From: Macrostomum lignano
Lineage: Eukaryota
Reading direction: 5' to 3'
Assembly (NCBI GenBank): GCA_002269645.1
Contig: NIVC01002674.1
Span: forward strand, 1-64,000
Length of the DNA stretch: 64,000 nucleotides
Notes under the pieces: generated by a model
The model's database searches: none
Seen by the model: only the letters and a program-made list of their open reading frames with translations
Told to the model about the DNA's origin: nothing
Made by a program: the position numbers and the translations under genes
Shown here: in pieces, positions 24,866 through 40,055 of the stretch
Position numbering within the stretch: the stretch's first letter is position 1
How the letters are laid out: each line of letters starts with the position of its first letter

Positions 24866-25486
24866 TGTCAAATGAAGGTATTTATTACCTTGAGTCCTGA
24901 TCAGTAGAGCTCTTCCGATGCATAGTTCTCGGTCTCAATCAGTTTAGACTTCTAGATTTAGTTGTCCCTGGTCCAGGTTCCTCTTTATTTCCAATGAAGT
25001 CGTTTCCGGCCAGTATCTGTAGTTCGGACCAATCAGAAGCTTCGTATTAACAATGGAATCCCTGCGCCGAACTGTGGTTTCGATTAAGCCTTCTCCTTCT
25101 AGTAGTGACTTAATACACTCTAGGTATAGCTCCGTTAATCACTGATAGTCCTAAGATCTATCAGGGTAGTCGTTCTGGAGACTACAACCAATGGAGTCTC
25201 AATAGACTCAAGAGTCTCAATAGACTCAAGAGTCTCAATAGACTCAACAGCAATAATGAGTCGACTCAAACACCTGGCGCAAATGAGTAAGGCTTACCGC
25301 AAGAACTCAGCCGAGTCTCGATTGACTTGGTCTGTAGGAAGTCCTTCTAAGGCTTCCTCTTCGGAGCTTCTCCTTCTGGAGGTTCGGACCACTTGTATTT
25401 ATAGGCAAATGGGCCCCCTCGTGAGGTCGCTGGTTCATTTTCTTAAATGTCAAAGGTTCACGCTTTAGTTGCTGTCAAGCATGACA
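24866..25486 (-). mobile_element. Possible solo LTR
   Basis: TGTCA...TGACA ends; on the - strand TATAAATA (25397-25404) then AATAAA (24984-24989, 24881-24886); CpG retained unlike the flanks; 3x hairpin unit GAGTCTCAATAGACTC. No TSD found. Confidence 0.35.
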
Positions 25487-26274
25487 GGGTAGAAAGTTAA
25501 GCCACTAGTCTAGTGTAAGCGCGCATGATTGGTTACCATAGCTGGGTTATTTTGGGTTATCTTTGATTGGTTCATCCGGTGCAGGCCGAATGATGAATCG
25601 CAAATGGGGTCTAAACTTGACAATTGTAGGTCACCTATGATTGGTCGGTTGATAAAAATGGCATGTTCGACTTTACTCGCCTGTGATTGGTTGATTAAAA
25701 TATTCTATGATTCAGTACTTATTTTTATTGCTAATACTTAGTATGCTACTGAATAAAATGTATTAGTAGTATGTTAACAATTTTAATGACTACGGGAGGT
25801 AGAACACTCTACAGAAGGTAATAAAAATGGGTGGCGGGTCAGGGGTAGAGGTTCTGTGTGGAGTTTGAGGGTTTAAGCTTGGGGGGGGTAAGAGCCAATT
25901 TAATAAATGAGCCTTGTCTTTAAAAATACATTAAAATTCTTTAGTTTAACTTACTACACTTACTGAAAGTAGTTTACACGCAAATGTGTTGAGTGACCCA
26001 TCTAGTTATTCTAATTTCTGTGGTCTGTGTTCAATTATAGAATTTTTGTTTTAATGCGCCAACTGAATAATATTCACAAGTCTGAAAAATATTGTAAATA
26101 AAATTTATTGTAATTAACAAGCGGGTCCAGCTTAAACTAAAAAATCACATGCAATCTCTTACTTCATGATTAGTTGACTGCCGATTTTTACTGTTTGATC
26201 TTCATTCTCTTAAAGTCTATCCTAGTTGCCCAGCCAACCTACATTATCTGTCACGTGTACATAGCCTGAACGCT

Positions 26275-27952
26275 ATGAGCTTCTCCAATATCATGGAGAA
26301 CATCCTGCCAGCCATGGTATTCAGCGCTAGCGCTTTTCGTAGCGGCGCAGTTGGCGTCGTCTCTAGCGGCGCCTCGGCCGCCACCAGCGGTCGTAGCTAC
26401 GATCGTCGGCATCCTGGTAGCGCCGGCACTACCCGAGCTTCGGCGCCAGAAGAAGATTCAAAGCTTTGGTCGGAGTCGGTAGCTACGGCTCAACTCCTGC
26501 CGACTCAAGATTTGAATCGGCTAGTATTGGAGTACTTGGTGCACGAGGGGCACCTGGAGGCTGCCGAAACATTTTGCCGCGAGGCTGGTCTTGAACCGAA
26601 CATTCTGCAGGTTGGTGCGGGGTCATTGGATCACTGACTGAAGGATCTGGGGTAGTGCAGGGTCATTGGGTCACTGACTGAATGATCTGGGGTAGTGCAG
26701 GGTCATTGGGTCACTGACTGAAGGATCTGGGAAAGTGCAGGGTCATTGGGTCACTGATTGTTCACATCAATCAATCACTCAGGAGTCGGAGTCTGGCGAG
26801 GACAGCCAACGCCGCGTGGCGATTCGATCAGCTGTGCAAGACGGTCGCATAGACGAAGCAATTGAGCTGATCAACGAGGCTAATCCGGAGCTGCTAGATC
26901 TCAATCAGGAGCTGCATTTTCATCTGCGCCGACAGCAGCTTGTTGAGCTGGTTCGCGAGGTGAGAGAAGAGTTAAAATCGGCTTAAATTGTTAAACCGAA
27001 TTTAATAGCTCAGTGTGTCCCAGAGATAGAAGAGTTTTTGCACCGCATGCGTCCCTCTCTGAAGAATCGTAAATGCTTTAAGCTGTTAATGAAAAATCGA
27101 TCGTAAAATCATGAACCGCCCCCTAAGAGCACCAGCCTACCCTAAATAATCGTAGAGAGCCTATTAGGAATCGTAGAGTATCAATAAGAATTGTATAGAG
27201 CCGTGAAGAGCTTAGAAAGCTCTATTAACACCTCGAAAAATCTTAGGGAGCCCCATTCCACCCCGAAGAATCGTAGGGAGCCCCGTTTCACCCCGAAAAA
27301 TCGTAGAAAGCCATATTTAGCCCCGAATAATCGTAGAGAGCCCCATTTAGCCCCCCCACAGAATCGTAGGGAGCCCCATTTAGCCCCCACAAATCGTAGG
27401 GAGCCCCATTTAGCCCAAAGAATCGTAGGGAGCCCCATTTCACCCCATAGAATCGTAGGGAGCCAACTTTCGTCTTGAAGAATCGTAGAGAGCCTCACTT
27501 GGGGCACTTAATAAACTAATCGTCGTCCGCCACGAACGAAACCTCAGGGCCGCCTATGCCAGGCGCTCCAATTTGCCCAGTCCAGTTTGGCCAGCCTGGC
27601 CGAGGCCCAGCCTGACAGTTGCCTGTCCGACTTAGAAGAATGCATGGCCTTGCTGGCGTTTGAGCGTCCGGCTGAATCGGCCAGTTTCGGTCGCTGGCTA
27701 TCGTTAAGCCATCGGGCTAAGCTGGCTAGCGAAGTCAACGCTGCTCTGTTAGAAGCTACAGCGGACGACGAAGGCGGCGAATCATCGACAGGCGATCGGG
27801 ACAGCTGTGGCGACGGACTGGACTATCAGCTCAGACTGCTGCTATGGAGTCAGGATCGGCTCACGGCCGCTGGCGTTTCTTATCCGCGAATAGTTGACGT
27901 AGAAACTGCCAGGTACTCGGAGCAGCCGCAGCAGCGCGATTCGGCCACCTAA
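26275..27952 (+). CDS. GID8: Glucose-induced degradation protein 8 homolog (TWA1; LisH-CTLH-CRA), 305 aa
   Basis: Exons 26275-26610, 26783-26959, 27548-27952, all phase 0, 918 nt. LisH LNRLVLEYLVHEGHLEAAETF, CTLH IRSAVQDGRIDEAIELINEANPELLD..LHFHLRRQQLVEL, CRA LEECMALLAF..HRAKLASEVNAALL. Confidence 0.93.
26620..26760. repeat. 40-bp tandem repeat in GID8 intron 1
   Basis: GTGCAGGGTCATTGGGTCACTGACTGAAGGATCTGGGGTA, ~3.5 copies. Confidence 0.9.
27160..27495. repeat. ~30-bp minisatellite (GAATCGTAGGGAGCCCCATTTCACCCCGAA) in GID8 intron 2
   Basis: Tandem copies; same family recurs at 31235-31760. Confidence 0.9.
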
Positions 27953-28251
27953 AACTGGGCATTTTAAGTAATGTCTGTGTAGATTTTGGTAATGTCACTG
28001 TGTAGATTTGAGTAATGTCACTGTGTAGATTTGAGTAATGTCACTGTGTAGATTTGAGTAATGTCACTGTGTAGATTTGGGTAATGTCACTGTGTAGATA
28101 GGGGTAATGTCACTGTAGATATGGGTAATGTCACTGTAGATTAGGGTAATGTCACTGTAGATTTGGGTAATGTCACTGTGTTCTGTGTAGATATGGGTAA
28201 TGTCACTGTAGATTAGGGTAATGTCACTGTAGATTTGGGTAATGTCACTGT

Positions 28252-30442
28252 CCCGCCTGGCTGTCGTTACCCGGTATTTACCCGGCCTTTATCCGGTTTA
28301 ATCCGTAATTTTAGACTTTTCCGGACGAAAATGAATTTTTATCCGGTTTTGATCCGGCAGTTCTTACCGGACTAACAAACGGAGGAAACTCCGGAGCAAA
28401 ACCGGATTAAAGTGTTTTTATTGATCACATTTTATCCGGATTGTGTCCGATTCCTGCTCCGGTCGATCAGCGGATGAAAACCGGACTGCCAACCGGAATA
28501 AGAAGCGGATGAAAGTCGGATGAATCATAACTTTCTACCCGGAGTTGTTCCGGTTTTTTATCCGGCTGTGAATCCGGCTTACAGTGATAAACTTCCGGAT
28601 AGTGAAACGGACAAAATCCGGATGAGGGAGTTCACTTGAAGTCAATGTCAATTTTCAGCGCACAAGGCTCAAAAATGGACCGGGAGAAGCAAAACGCGGA
28701 CTGCGGCTCAAATACCACGGAAAAGACTGCCGAGTGGACATGTGCCCGTTGTTTACTTCTGTACCCGAATCTATTAACCAGATGCCACCGGGCATCAATG
28801 TTGACAGGAAATTTTTTTGATCATGCCATGTCTATTTATTGTACTGTTTACAATACCCGTTGGAAATATTTGCATCTAATTAAACTGGCGCTGGCCCTAC
28901 AAATTTTTTCAGCGGCATTCGCCCATGTATGTGTTGGGATAAAAGTTATATAGATCGCCTTACTGTTTCGATTAAAGCCTTTATAATCCTCTGTTTTAAT
29001 TACCGAAAGCCAGTGGCCCGTCCAAGGGGGGCTAGGGGGCCCAGGACCCCCTGTAAAGCCATGGGCCCCCCTTTGGCCCCCACTTTCAGTTTTTTTACCT
29101 TAGCTGTTGAAACCCGCGGATTTTGAACATGTGGAATTCTGATCCCCAGAATTATTTTCGCTTATATCTACAAGTATATCTGTCGTAGTTCTAAAATCTA
29201 GAGTCAACTCAAACAAAAACTTGTCTTTCGAAAGATTGGCAAATTCTCTGGCTTCCTGTCTCTCTCTATGTCCCTCGGATCCTTTGAAACTTCTATCTTC
29301 TCTTCTGTTTCCTCTTCTCTTCTTTTCCGATCTCCTCTCTCCCCTCTTCTCTCGTCGATCTTCCCTCACCTCTCTTCTCTTTCGTCTCTACTCTCTCCTC
29401 TCTCCCCTCTTCTCACTCCTCACTCTCCTCTCCTCTCTTCTCCCAACTCTCCACTCTTCTCTCAACTTTCTCCCCTTTACTTTCTCATCTCCCCTCTCTA
29501 CTCTCTCCTCCCTCTCATCTCTCACCTCTCCTGCTCTCCCATCTCCTCTCCTTTCTACTCTCTCCCTTCTCCATTCTTCTCTTTCCTCTCCTCCCTCTTC
29601 TCTCCCTTCCCCTCTCTTCTTGTCCTCTCGATTCTCCCCCTTTTTTCTCCTTTCTCCTCCCATCCACTCCACTTCTCTCCCACTGTCTCTCATGTCTGCT
29701 CTCACATATTTCTCTTCCCTCTCCTCTCTCCTCTGTTCTAGCTCTACTGTCACATTTCTTGTCTCTGCTCTCTCATCTCTCCTTTCCCCTCTTTCATCTC
29801 TCCTATCTCATCTCTTCTCTCTTCTTTCATCCTTCCTCTCTCTTCTCTCCCCTCTCCTGATGAGCCCCCCATCCTGAAACCTCTGGACGCACCCCTGCCG
29901 AAAGCTTTCTACTAGTAAGCTTCTCTAGAGCTCCTCGCTTGTTCATACAGATACGAGCAGAATCATAGCAGGAGCAGCAGCTATAGATAGGAGCAGGAGC
30001 CGTAGCTATAATAGCCGCCACATAGTGCAATTTTTGTGCCAAACCTTTGGAAGCCGCTGTAAAGAGCACAAATTAAGGCTGAGTAATAAGCATCTAGAAT
30101 GTCCATTATTATCCGACGACAGTATACAGGTATCCATACATTTGATCCGGAAATGGCTCCGGTTTCTTATCCGGCTGTAACATCCATACATTTCATCCGG
30201 TTTTCATCCGGAATTGGCTCCGCTCTCCCATCCGGCTTCCTCCGGATTACTTATCGGGCAATAACCGGACACACAGCCGGATACCAAACCGGATAAACGT
30301 CATTTTTTCAACACTTTCATCCGTTTTGTAAACTTTTCGTCCGGTTTTCGTCCGTTTTTTTGCATGTAAATTTGCTATTCCTGCCGGATTAAACTCCGGA
30401 CAACGCATCGGATAAAAGACGGCTAAATTCAGCCCGGCGGGC
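28252..30442. mobile_element. Non-autonomous TIR element with subterminal ATCCGG/CCGGAT repeats (CACTA/EnSpm-like)
   Basis: Short TIR CCCGCC(T/G)GGCTG at both ends; dozens of ATCCGG motifs within ~400 bp of each end; cleanly interrupts a minisatellite; possible 2-bp TSD GT (ambiguous). Confidence 0.75.
29011..29897. mobile_element. Non-autonomous hAT-like element nested in the CACTA-like element
   Basis: Ends CAGTGGCCCGTCC / GGACGCACCCCTG; exact 8-bp TSD CCGAAAGC at 29003-29010 and 29898-29905; internal CT-rich tract. Confidence 0.9.
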
Positions 30443-31234
30443 GTGTAGATTTGGGTAATGTCACTGTGTAGATTTGGGTAATGTCACTGTAGATTTGGGT
30501 AATGTCACTGTGTAGATTTGGGTAATGTCACTGTAGATTTGGGTAATGTCACTGTGTAGATAGGGGTAATGTCACTGTGTAGATAGGGGTAATGTCACTG
30601 TAGATATGGGTAATGTCACTGTAGATATGGGTAATGTCACTGTAAATTTGGGTAATGTCACTGTAGATATGGGTAATGTCACTGTGTAGATTTGGGTAAT
30701 GTCACTGTGTAGATTTGGGTAATGTCAGTGTAGATTCGGGTAATGTCACTGTGTAGATTTGGGTAATGTCAGTGTAGATTTGGGTAATGTCACTGTGTAG
30801 ATTTGGGTAATGTCAGTGTAGATTTGGGTAATGTCACTGTGTAGATTTGGGTAATGTCACTGTAGAATTTGGTAATGCATCTGTAGATTTCTGATTTGCA
30901 GATTGCGTGTGTAAGTTTGAATTTCATCTTAGAGGCCATTTATTAATACTGACAGATTCTTCAGCCCTGACGTTGACTGAAACCGTATAGACGGTCTTTA
31001 CATAAACGAATACAAATCATGAAATATGTAAACTATTACGACCTTCATTGATGAAGAGCTGCATCGGCCATTTTATTTTTACCTCGAAAGTTTATACCTA
31101 AATGGGAATTGCATGCGATAAAGTAATCACAGATAAAACTTTTTTTTTATTTTCACTGAGCAGCGCATAACTGCTTATTAATTTGGAGTTTGGATTTTGT
31201 GTTAATCTTTTTCGTATTATTGTATAATCTCGGC

Positions 31235-31760
31235 CTGTCTCTATAAAGAATCGTAGAAACCTCCAGCTCACCATAAAGAATGGTAGAGTTCTTGGAGAAA
31301 CATAGACCGCCCCAAAGAATATAGAAAAGCACTAAGTCACCCTAAATAATCGTAAAGAGCCCCATAAAGAATCGTAGGAAGCCCCATTTCATCCTGAAGA
31401 ATCGTAGGAAGCCTCATTTCACCCCGAAGAATCGTAGGGAGCCCCATTTCACCAAGAAGAACATTAGAGAGCCCCATTTCACCCAGAAGAATCGTAGGGA
31501 GCCGCATTTCATCCTGAAGAATCGTAGGAGCCTCATTTCATCCTGAAGAATCGTAGGGAGCCCCATTTTACCCAGAAGAATATTAGGGAGCCCCATTTCA
31601 CCCAGAAGAATCGTAGGGAGCCCCATTTCATCCTGAAGAATCGTAGGAAGCCTCATTTCATCCTGAAGAATATTAGGGAGCCCCATTTCACCCAGAAGAC
31701 TCGTAGGGAGCCCCATTTCACCCCGAAAAACCGTAGGGAGCCCTATTTCACCCCGGAGAA
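31235..31760. repeat. ~30-bp minisatellite, same family and orientation as GID8 intron 2
   Basis: GAATCGTAGGGAGCCCCATTTCA units. Confidence 0.9.
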
Positions 31761-32594
31761 GAGTTTGGGGCTTGTATTTATTATTTATTGTATTTTTGTA
31801 TAGAGTCTCGGCAAAATTTGTTAATAATAATGGACTTCTTAATTGTGTTTTAAGGTTAATGCTTGTTGTTTGTAATTGTACCGTCAATTATGCTAGGCCA
31901 TATCAGTTGCAACAGTTTAATCACAATATACTAAATAATAACCAAAAACTTATTTTTGTTTTCCACTGTTTTCAACCTACTTGAAATCGCTTTGTATTAT
32001 TATGTATGATAAGACTTCACTAAACCACTGTTTTTGTTCTGTCAAATACAGTTCTACCAGCTAACCAACCTTACTCATGTTTCTTGACACCTCACTCTTG
32101 TGCAACCACCTCACTTCCCTGTGCCCCCATTGAGAGTTCTATAACAAGTATTTTGAAAGAATTTGTCTCCAAAATATTGATTATTTGCGATTGAACCATT
32201 TTACTTTGTGAGTGCTACTATATAATATTTCTCTGTGGGTACTCACACTATGTTATGTTATCACTTTGAGATTTCTAACGCGCCAATATAGTCGTCAACC
32301 TCCAAAGTTTACAGTCTAATAATTGATGTCATAAAATGTTCTTCTCGTGTCGAATAAGAGATTAGACCTGTTTTAACGTATTCAGATCTATCGCCCACTT
32401 GTTTCAAATTTTGACTACTTTTCATATAATATTTTTTTGCGTTACTACTCACCGATTTTGTTAAGTAGTGAGTTTATATATTATCTGTACAGTTTTTCTG
32501 TGGAGTATTTCTGATTTAAAAAGGGCTATGCTAAGAAGTTCTTGCGTTTGTTATTTTAATGCTGTTATTTTATTAGCTTTTTATGAGCCTGTTT

Positions 32595-33930
32595 CTGGGG
32601 TAATTAGCATCACAGGTGGGCTATCTATGATAAATTAGCATCACAGGTGAGCTATCTGGGGTAATTAGCATCGTAGGTAAGGATATCTGGGGTAATTAGC
32701 ATCACAGGTGGGGATATCATGGGTAATTAGCATCACAGGTGGGGATATCATGGGTAATTAGCATCATAGGTAGGGATATCTTGGTTAATTAGCATCACAG
32801 ATGAGATATCTTGGTTAATTAGCATCACAGGTGGGGATATCTTGGTTAATTAGCATCACAGGTGGGGATATCTGGGGTAATTAGCATCACAGGTGGGGAT
32901 ATCTTGGGTAATTAGCATCACAGATGGGGATATCTGGGGCAATTAGCATCACAGGTGGGCTATCTGGGGTAATTAGCATCATAGGTAGGGATATCTGGGG
33001 TAATTAGCATCATAGGTAGGGATATCTGGGGTAATTAGCATCATAGGTAGGGATATCTGGGGTAATTAGAATCACGGGTGGGGATATCTGGGGTAATTAG
33101 CATCACAGGTGAGGATATCTGGGGTAATTAGCATCACAGGTGAGGATATCTTGGGTAATTAGCATCACAGGTGAGGATATCTGGGGTAATTAGCATCACA
33201 GGTGAGGATATCTGGGGTAATTAGCATCACAGGTGGGGATATCATGGGTAATTAGCATCACAGGTGGGGATATCATGGGTAATTAGCATCATAGGTAGGG
33301 ATATCTTGGTTAATTAGCATCACAGATGAGATATCTTGGTTAATTAGCATCACAGGTGGGGATATCTTGGTTAATTAGCATCACAGGTGGGGATATCTGG
33401 GGTAATTAGCATCACAGGTGGGGATATCTTGGGTAATTAGCATCACAGATGGGGATATCTGGGGTAATTAGCATCACAGGTGGGCTATCTGGGGTAATTA
33501 GCATCATAGGTAGGGATATCTGGGGTAATTAGCATCATAGGTAGGGATATCTGGGGTAATTAGCATCATAGGTAGGGATATCTGGGGTAATTAGCATCAT
33601 AGGTAGGGATATCTGGGGTAATTAGCATCATAGGTAGGGATATCTGGGGTAATTAGCATCACAGGTGAGGATATCTTGGGTAATTAGCATCACAGGTGAG
33701 GATATCTGGGGTAATTAGCATCACAGGTGAGGATATCTGGGGTAATTAGCATCACAGGTGAGGATATCTTGGGTAATTAGCATCACAGGTGAGGATATCT
33801 GGGGTAATTAGCATCACAGGTGAGGATATCTGGGGTAATTAGCATCACAGGTGAGGATATCTGGGGTAATTAGCATCACAGGTGAGGATATCTGGGGTAA
33901 TTAGCATTACAGGTGAGGATATCTGGGGTT
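32595..33930. repeat. 31-bp minisatellite (CTGGGGTAATTAGCATCACAGGTGAGGATAT)n
   Basis: About 43 copies; variant blocks are themselves duplicated. Confidence 0.97.
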
Positions 33931-34178
33931 ATAAACATTCCAGATAAGGATCTCTGTTGCTATTGGGTTGCCAAGGTAGTAATTTTTTAGGGCTTAAAAC
34001 CAATTGTCACAGCCTATTAAATGTGAAAAATGTAATGAATGCATATAATTGACTATTTCAGAGCCCAACACCTGCCCCTGTCCTAACTGTACCAATGCCT
34101 AAGGGGCTAGCCTTAGGCTAGCACTAGTCGCATCCCAGAGGATTAAGAGAACAATTGTTAATAAAGAAAAGAATCAGA

Positions 34179-37100
34179 ATGTCAGCTGTAACAGCTGACG
34201 AACTGGCCGAATCCGCAGCTTTATCAGCTTGGGAGCTGAGCCACTGCGATGGTTTCAGTCTTGTCCGTTTGCTGCATCAACGTCAGCTGGGATTTAACAA
34301 TCGGATTAACTGTGACAGAATTCTCAAACGCTTATCCGAGTCCAGATCCATTAGTAGTCGGCATTGCCAGCAGGTTCAACTGGCCGAGCCAGCTTCTAAG
34401 CGGGTTGTCAGTTTAGCCCTGTCAGCCAATCAGCAATGGCTTGCAGCCGCTCACACTGATCATTGTATTCGAGTCTATTCGCTGAGCTCAACGAATTCGC
34501 CAACCGATAATGACAGAAATATTGTCCAGTTACTATTCGGTCATCAGAGATTAGTGTGGACACTGCAGTGGCATCCGCGTCTGCCGCACATTCTGGCTAG
34601 CGGCTGTCTTGGCGGCGACATTCGCGTCTGGCCAGTGCAGCAGCAGCAGCAGCCGGCGTCGGGGAGGCCGCGTCTTGAATGCGACAACTCTGTTGGCAGC
34701 GGTGCCGCTATTTTAAAGGTGCGTCTCGCTTTTTGGGGGCCGGTGCTCTTTGTGTACTTCAGATGGATTTGAACTGCTGTGTCTCTCACTCTCTCACTCG
34801 CCTCCCTACACCCTCCCCTCTGTCTACCCTACCACTGTCTGCCTTCCCCTCTACCCTCTTCTCTGTCTACCCCCTCTGTTACCCTCCACTCTATATCTAC
34901 CCTCCTCTCTATCAACCCTCCCCTCTCTATCTACTCTCCCTGTCTACCCTCCCCTCTATCTATCACCCGTCTGTCTACCCTCCCCTCTCTATCTACCATC
35001 CCTCTGTCTACCCTCCCCTCTCTATCTACCATCCCTCTGTCTACCCTCCCCTCTATCTACTCTCCCTCTGTCTACCCTCCCCTCTCTATCTACTCTCCCT
35101 CTGTCTACCCTCCCCTCTCTATCTACCATCCCTCTGTCTACCCTCCCCTCTCTATCTACCATCCCTCTGTCTACCCTCCCCTCTCTATCTACCATCCCTC
35201 TGTCTACCCTCCCTCTATCTACTCTCCCTCTGTCTACCCTCCCCTCTCTATCTACTCTCCCTCTGTCTACCCTCCCCTCTCTATCTACCATCCCTCTGTC
35301 TACCCTCCCCTCTCTATCTACCATCCCTCTGTCTACCCTCCCCTCTCTATCTACACTCCCTCTGCCTGCCTTCCCCTCTAGCTACAATACAATCCCTCTG
35401 TCTACCCTCCTCTCTGATCTACACTTCCTCTGCCTACCCTACCCTCTCTGTCAACCCTCCTTCTGTCTACCCTCCCTATCTACCCTCCCTCTATTTACCC
35501 TCCCGCCTCCCCTCTCTGTCTACATTCCCTTCGACTTACTCCCAATCTACTATCCCTCCCTACCTCCCCAAGGTACAGTGTACCCCTGTCTGAGCATGTA
35601 CCTGCCTACGTACCCGTATGCGTTTCCTCTCTTCTTTTTACCTATTTTTAGCACAAAACTGACTAATAAATTCCAGCTCAGCGAGGTCACCATGATCTCC
35701 AGTCTGGCCTTCCATCCTGGCCCCAGCGCCGAGGACCGCAGCCTCATGGCCTACGCAACCAGTACTAAGGTGGCATTCGTCAACTGGCTCACTGGTGCGC
35801 CCCTGTTCACCTGGCGATTCCTGGCCTCCTATAGTCGAGTTCGTTGGCTAAAATTTGACGCATCAGACGGCGGCGGACGCCTATTTGTAGCGTCAACTAA
35901 TTCGCCAGACGATGTGCCAATACCGCTGGTTTCCATGCCAACCGAGTCCACTGCCGCAGCAGCCGCCGCCGCCGCAGCTGCCGAAAGTCGCTCCCGTCTT
36001 GTCTACGAAGCCGTCATCGCCGAAGTGTCCAGACTTTATCCGCCAGCCTCGTCCGGTGTGTCGTCTTCGACGTCGTGTCATCAGCGACAGATTGAACCGG
36101 ACATTGTTGACCTTGAATGTCACGAACAGATTCAACAACAACAACAACAAACCGGCGCTACAAGTCGTCGGATTCATAATTTCGCCTCACCCGACTTGAT
36201 AACTAACGTTAATAGTAATAATAATGATGTTGCCGAGGAAAATTCTAATCGTGCTACTACTGCTGTTAGTAGCAGCAGCGGCGCTATTGACACTAATCGA
36301 GTCCGGTCAAGCATAGCCGAGGTCACCTGTCACGTGTTGGAACGGGCGCACCGATTGCGTTACTATGGCGAAGCCGATTTAGCATCTAGCGGCGGCGAAT
36401 ATGACGCTTCGCTGATGCGTCTGGCCAATGCACTGGCTCCGCAGCCTCGGGTTGACCCGGCCTCGATGCGGGCCACCCTCACCGACACCGGCCTGCTGGC
36501 TATTAGACGATTTGCTAGAGCTGCCGCTATGTCCGCTACTAATAGTAGTAGTAATAGTACTAGCACCGCATCTACCTCTGCCGCCGCCGCCGCCGCCGCC
36601 GCCGCCGCTGCTGGCACTTCGTCGACAACATCAACTAGCAGGCGTCTTCTAACTCAGCTGTCTTCGGCTGGCTCTTTGTCTTCTGCTTCCGCAATAGGAG
36701 CGGCTTACTCAGATTCTTCTAGTCAAAGAAATTTTGCTAACCCGGCTCTCGTAGTTCCGGCCGGATCGGCGGCTGGCTCAGGCGCCGCCGGGGTCGGAGT
36801 TAATGCCGGATTTCGCGAGGACACGCCGTTTATGCGAGTCCGTCAGCGACCGGTGGATCACGCGGATTATGGAGTTGGGCCGTTCGAGTTTGCCGAGGCG
36901 GCCGCCTCTGCTGGGGTTGATCCGATATTGAGGGCCGCTATTGACAGGTGAGCTAATCAGTAGTGGGTGTTGCTACCTGATGTCTGTCAGTAGTGTCTGT
37001 GTTGCTACCTGATGTCTGTCAGTAGTGTGTGTGTTGCTACCTGATGTTTGTCAGTAGTCTGTGTTGCTACCTGATGTCTGTCAGTAGTGTGTGTTGCTAC

Positions 37101-37721
37101 CTGATGTCTGTCAGTAGTCTGCGTTGCTACCTGATGTCTGTCAGTAGTCTGCGTTGCTACCTGATGTCTGTCAGTAGTGGGTGTTGCTACCTGATGTCTG
37201 TCAGTAGTGTGTGTGTGTGTGTGTTGCTACCTGATGTCTGTCAGTAGTGGGTGTTGCTACCTGATGTCTGTCAGTAGTGGGTGTTGCTACCTGATGTCTG
37301 TCAGTAGTGGGTGTTGCTACCTGATGTCTGTCAGTAGTGGGTGTTGCTACCTGATGTCTGTCAGTAGTGTGTGTTGCAATCTGATACAATGTTGAAGTCA
37401 GGACACTCGTTTTGGTACCTGTGTGCACAGCAATATTCTATTAATTAATCACTGCAGATCCCTGTGCCAGCTGATCCGCAACCAAGGCCCAACCAGCTGG
37501 GACAGGGCCAACACCAGCAAGATTCGCGTCTGGCCGCTGCGGCGCCAAGGCCCAGTCCGAACTCTGGTCCGGCACTGCTACGTGCTGAACGACGCCTCCA
37601 TTGACTTGTCTAGCGATGGCCGCCTGCTTGCTACCTTCATCTCCTCTGCCAGCTTCCCTGAGAAGTGAGATCTCCACTGACTGTGTGTCTGTCTGTTTCT
37701 GTGTTTGTGTCTATCTGTGTG

Positions 37722-37792
<71 letters not shown>

Positions 37793-37815
37793 GTGTCTGT
37801 CTGTCTGTCTGTCTG

Positions 37816-37882
<67 letters not shown>

Positions 37883-38349
37883 GTCTGTCTACATTAATAC
37901 ACATTCTAGCCTTCACCCAGTCTCCCAAATCCACCACCCACTTCATCAGATTTATAATCAGCGTATTCTCAGCCGTACCCGGACACTCATTCGGCCAGCT
38001 ATTGTACACCCGACTGCATGGCCAGTCGGCCAACACGCTATGCTTCAGTCCGCACTCGGCCAAGCTGCTCATGGTTGGCTACGGCCAGCGTCCTGTCTTC
38101 GCTGTGTCGCGTCGGCAAGCCGTTGGCTGCATCCTGAGCCTCTGCCGGCCTGGCCAAGGCGAGCGCAGCACCGAGGTGGTCTGTCCCGTCCGCGTGTCCA
38201 CCCGGCCGCCGGCTGGCAACGATGCCGCCGCCGACGATCCAGCGATGCAGTCGGCCGTGACAGCCGCCGTGTGGCTGCCCGGCCAGCTGGTTGGCCTCGT
38301 GCTGGCCACGATAGGCGGGAAAATTTATTACTTGGGCCCGTGCAGCTGA
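34179..38349 (+). CDS. AMBRA1: AMBRA1 homolog (split WD40 DCAF / autophagy regulator), ~805 aa
   Basis: Exons 34179-34718, 35677-36947, 37458-37664, 37950-38349; phases 0, 2, 2; 2418 nt. Motifs [70 protein letters not shown] recall human AMBRA1 (GHRRTPWCVTFHP..IASGCLDGEVRIW, IASLAFHP, NDASCDISADGQLLAAFI). Confidence 0.88.
34790..35600. repeat. ~33-bp pyrimidine-rich minisatellite in AMBRA1 intron 1
   Basis: CTCTGTCTACCCTCCCCTCTCTATCTACCATCC units. Confidence 0.92.
36955..37378. repeat. 30-bp minisatellite in AMBRA1 intron 2
   Basis: GTGTTGCTACCTGATGTCTGTCAGTAGTGG units. Confidence 0.95.
37680..37890. repeat. (TGTC)n in AMBRA1 intron 3
   Basis: Direct observation. Confidence 0.97.
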
Positions 38350-38494
38350 GCTGACCCGTCTTTTAAGGGGAATGGGGGATTAAGGAAAAGAATACCGCTA
38401 CTATTTTTTTATTTTTTTGGACACTATGTTCGAGTTGGTCCAGCAATTGTTTTAGATTATAAAAATATGCATTAATTTTCATCCTTAATCCCCA

Positions 38495-40055
<1,561 letters not shown>

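Larger units (their letters stand above)
27968..30892. repeat. 21/23-bp minisatellite (GTAATGTCACTGTGTAGATTTGG) split by a 2.2-kb insertion
   Basis: Arrays at 27968-28251 and 30443-30892; the unit resumes across the insertion. Confidence 0.92.

Noticed and set aside
29852-29885. CTGATGAG...GAAAC as a second hammerhead
   Set aside because: The intervening sequence (GCCCCCCATCCT) cannot form stem II; it is part of the hAT end.
32595-33930. CRISPR-like appearance of this and other regular arrays (38495, 57260, 59385)
   Set aside because: Units are head-to-tail with no unique spacers, there are no cas genes, and the context is eukaryotic.
34750-36951. 733-aa ORF and overlapping 200-304-aa ORFs
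   Set aside because: The first ~300 codons are a stop-free intronic minisatellite; only 35677-36947 is AMBRA1 exon 2.
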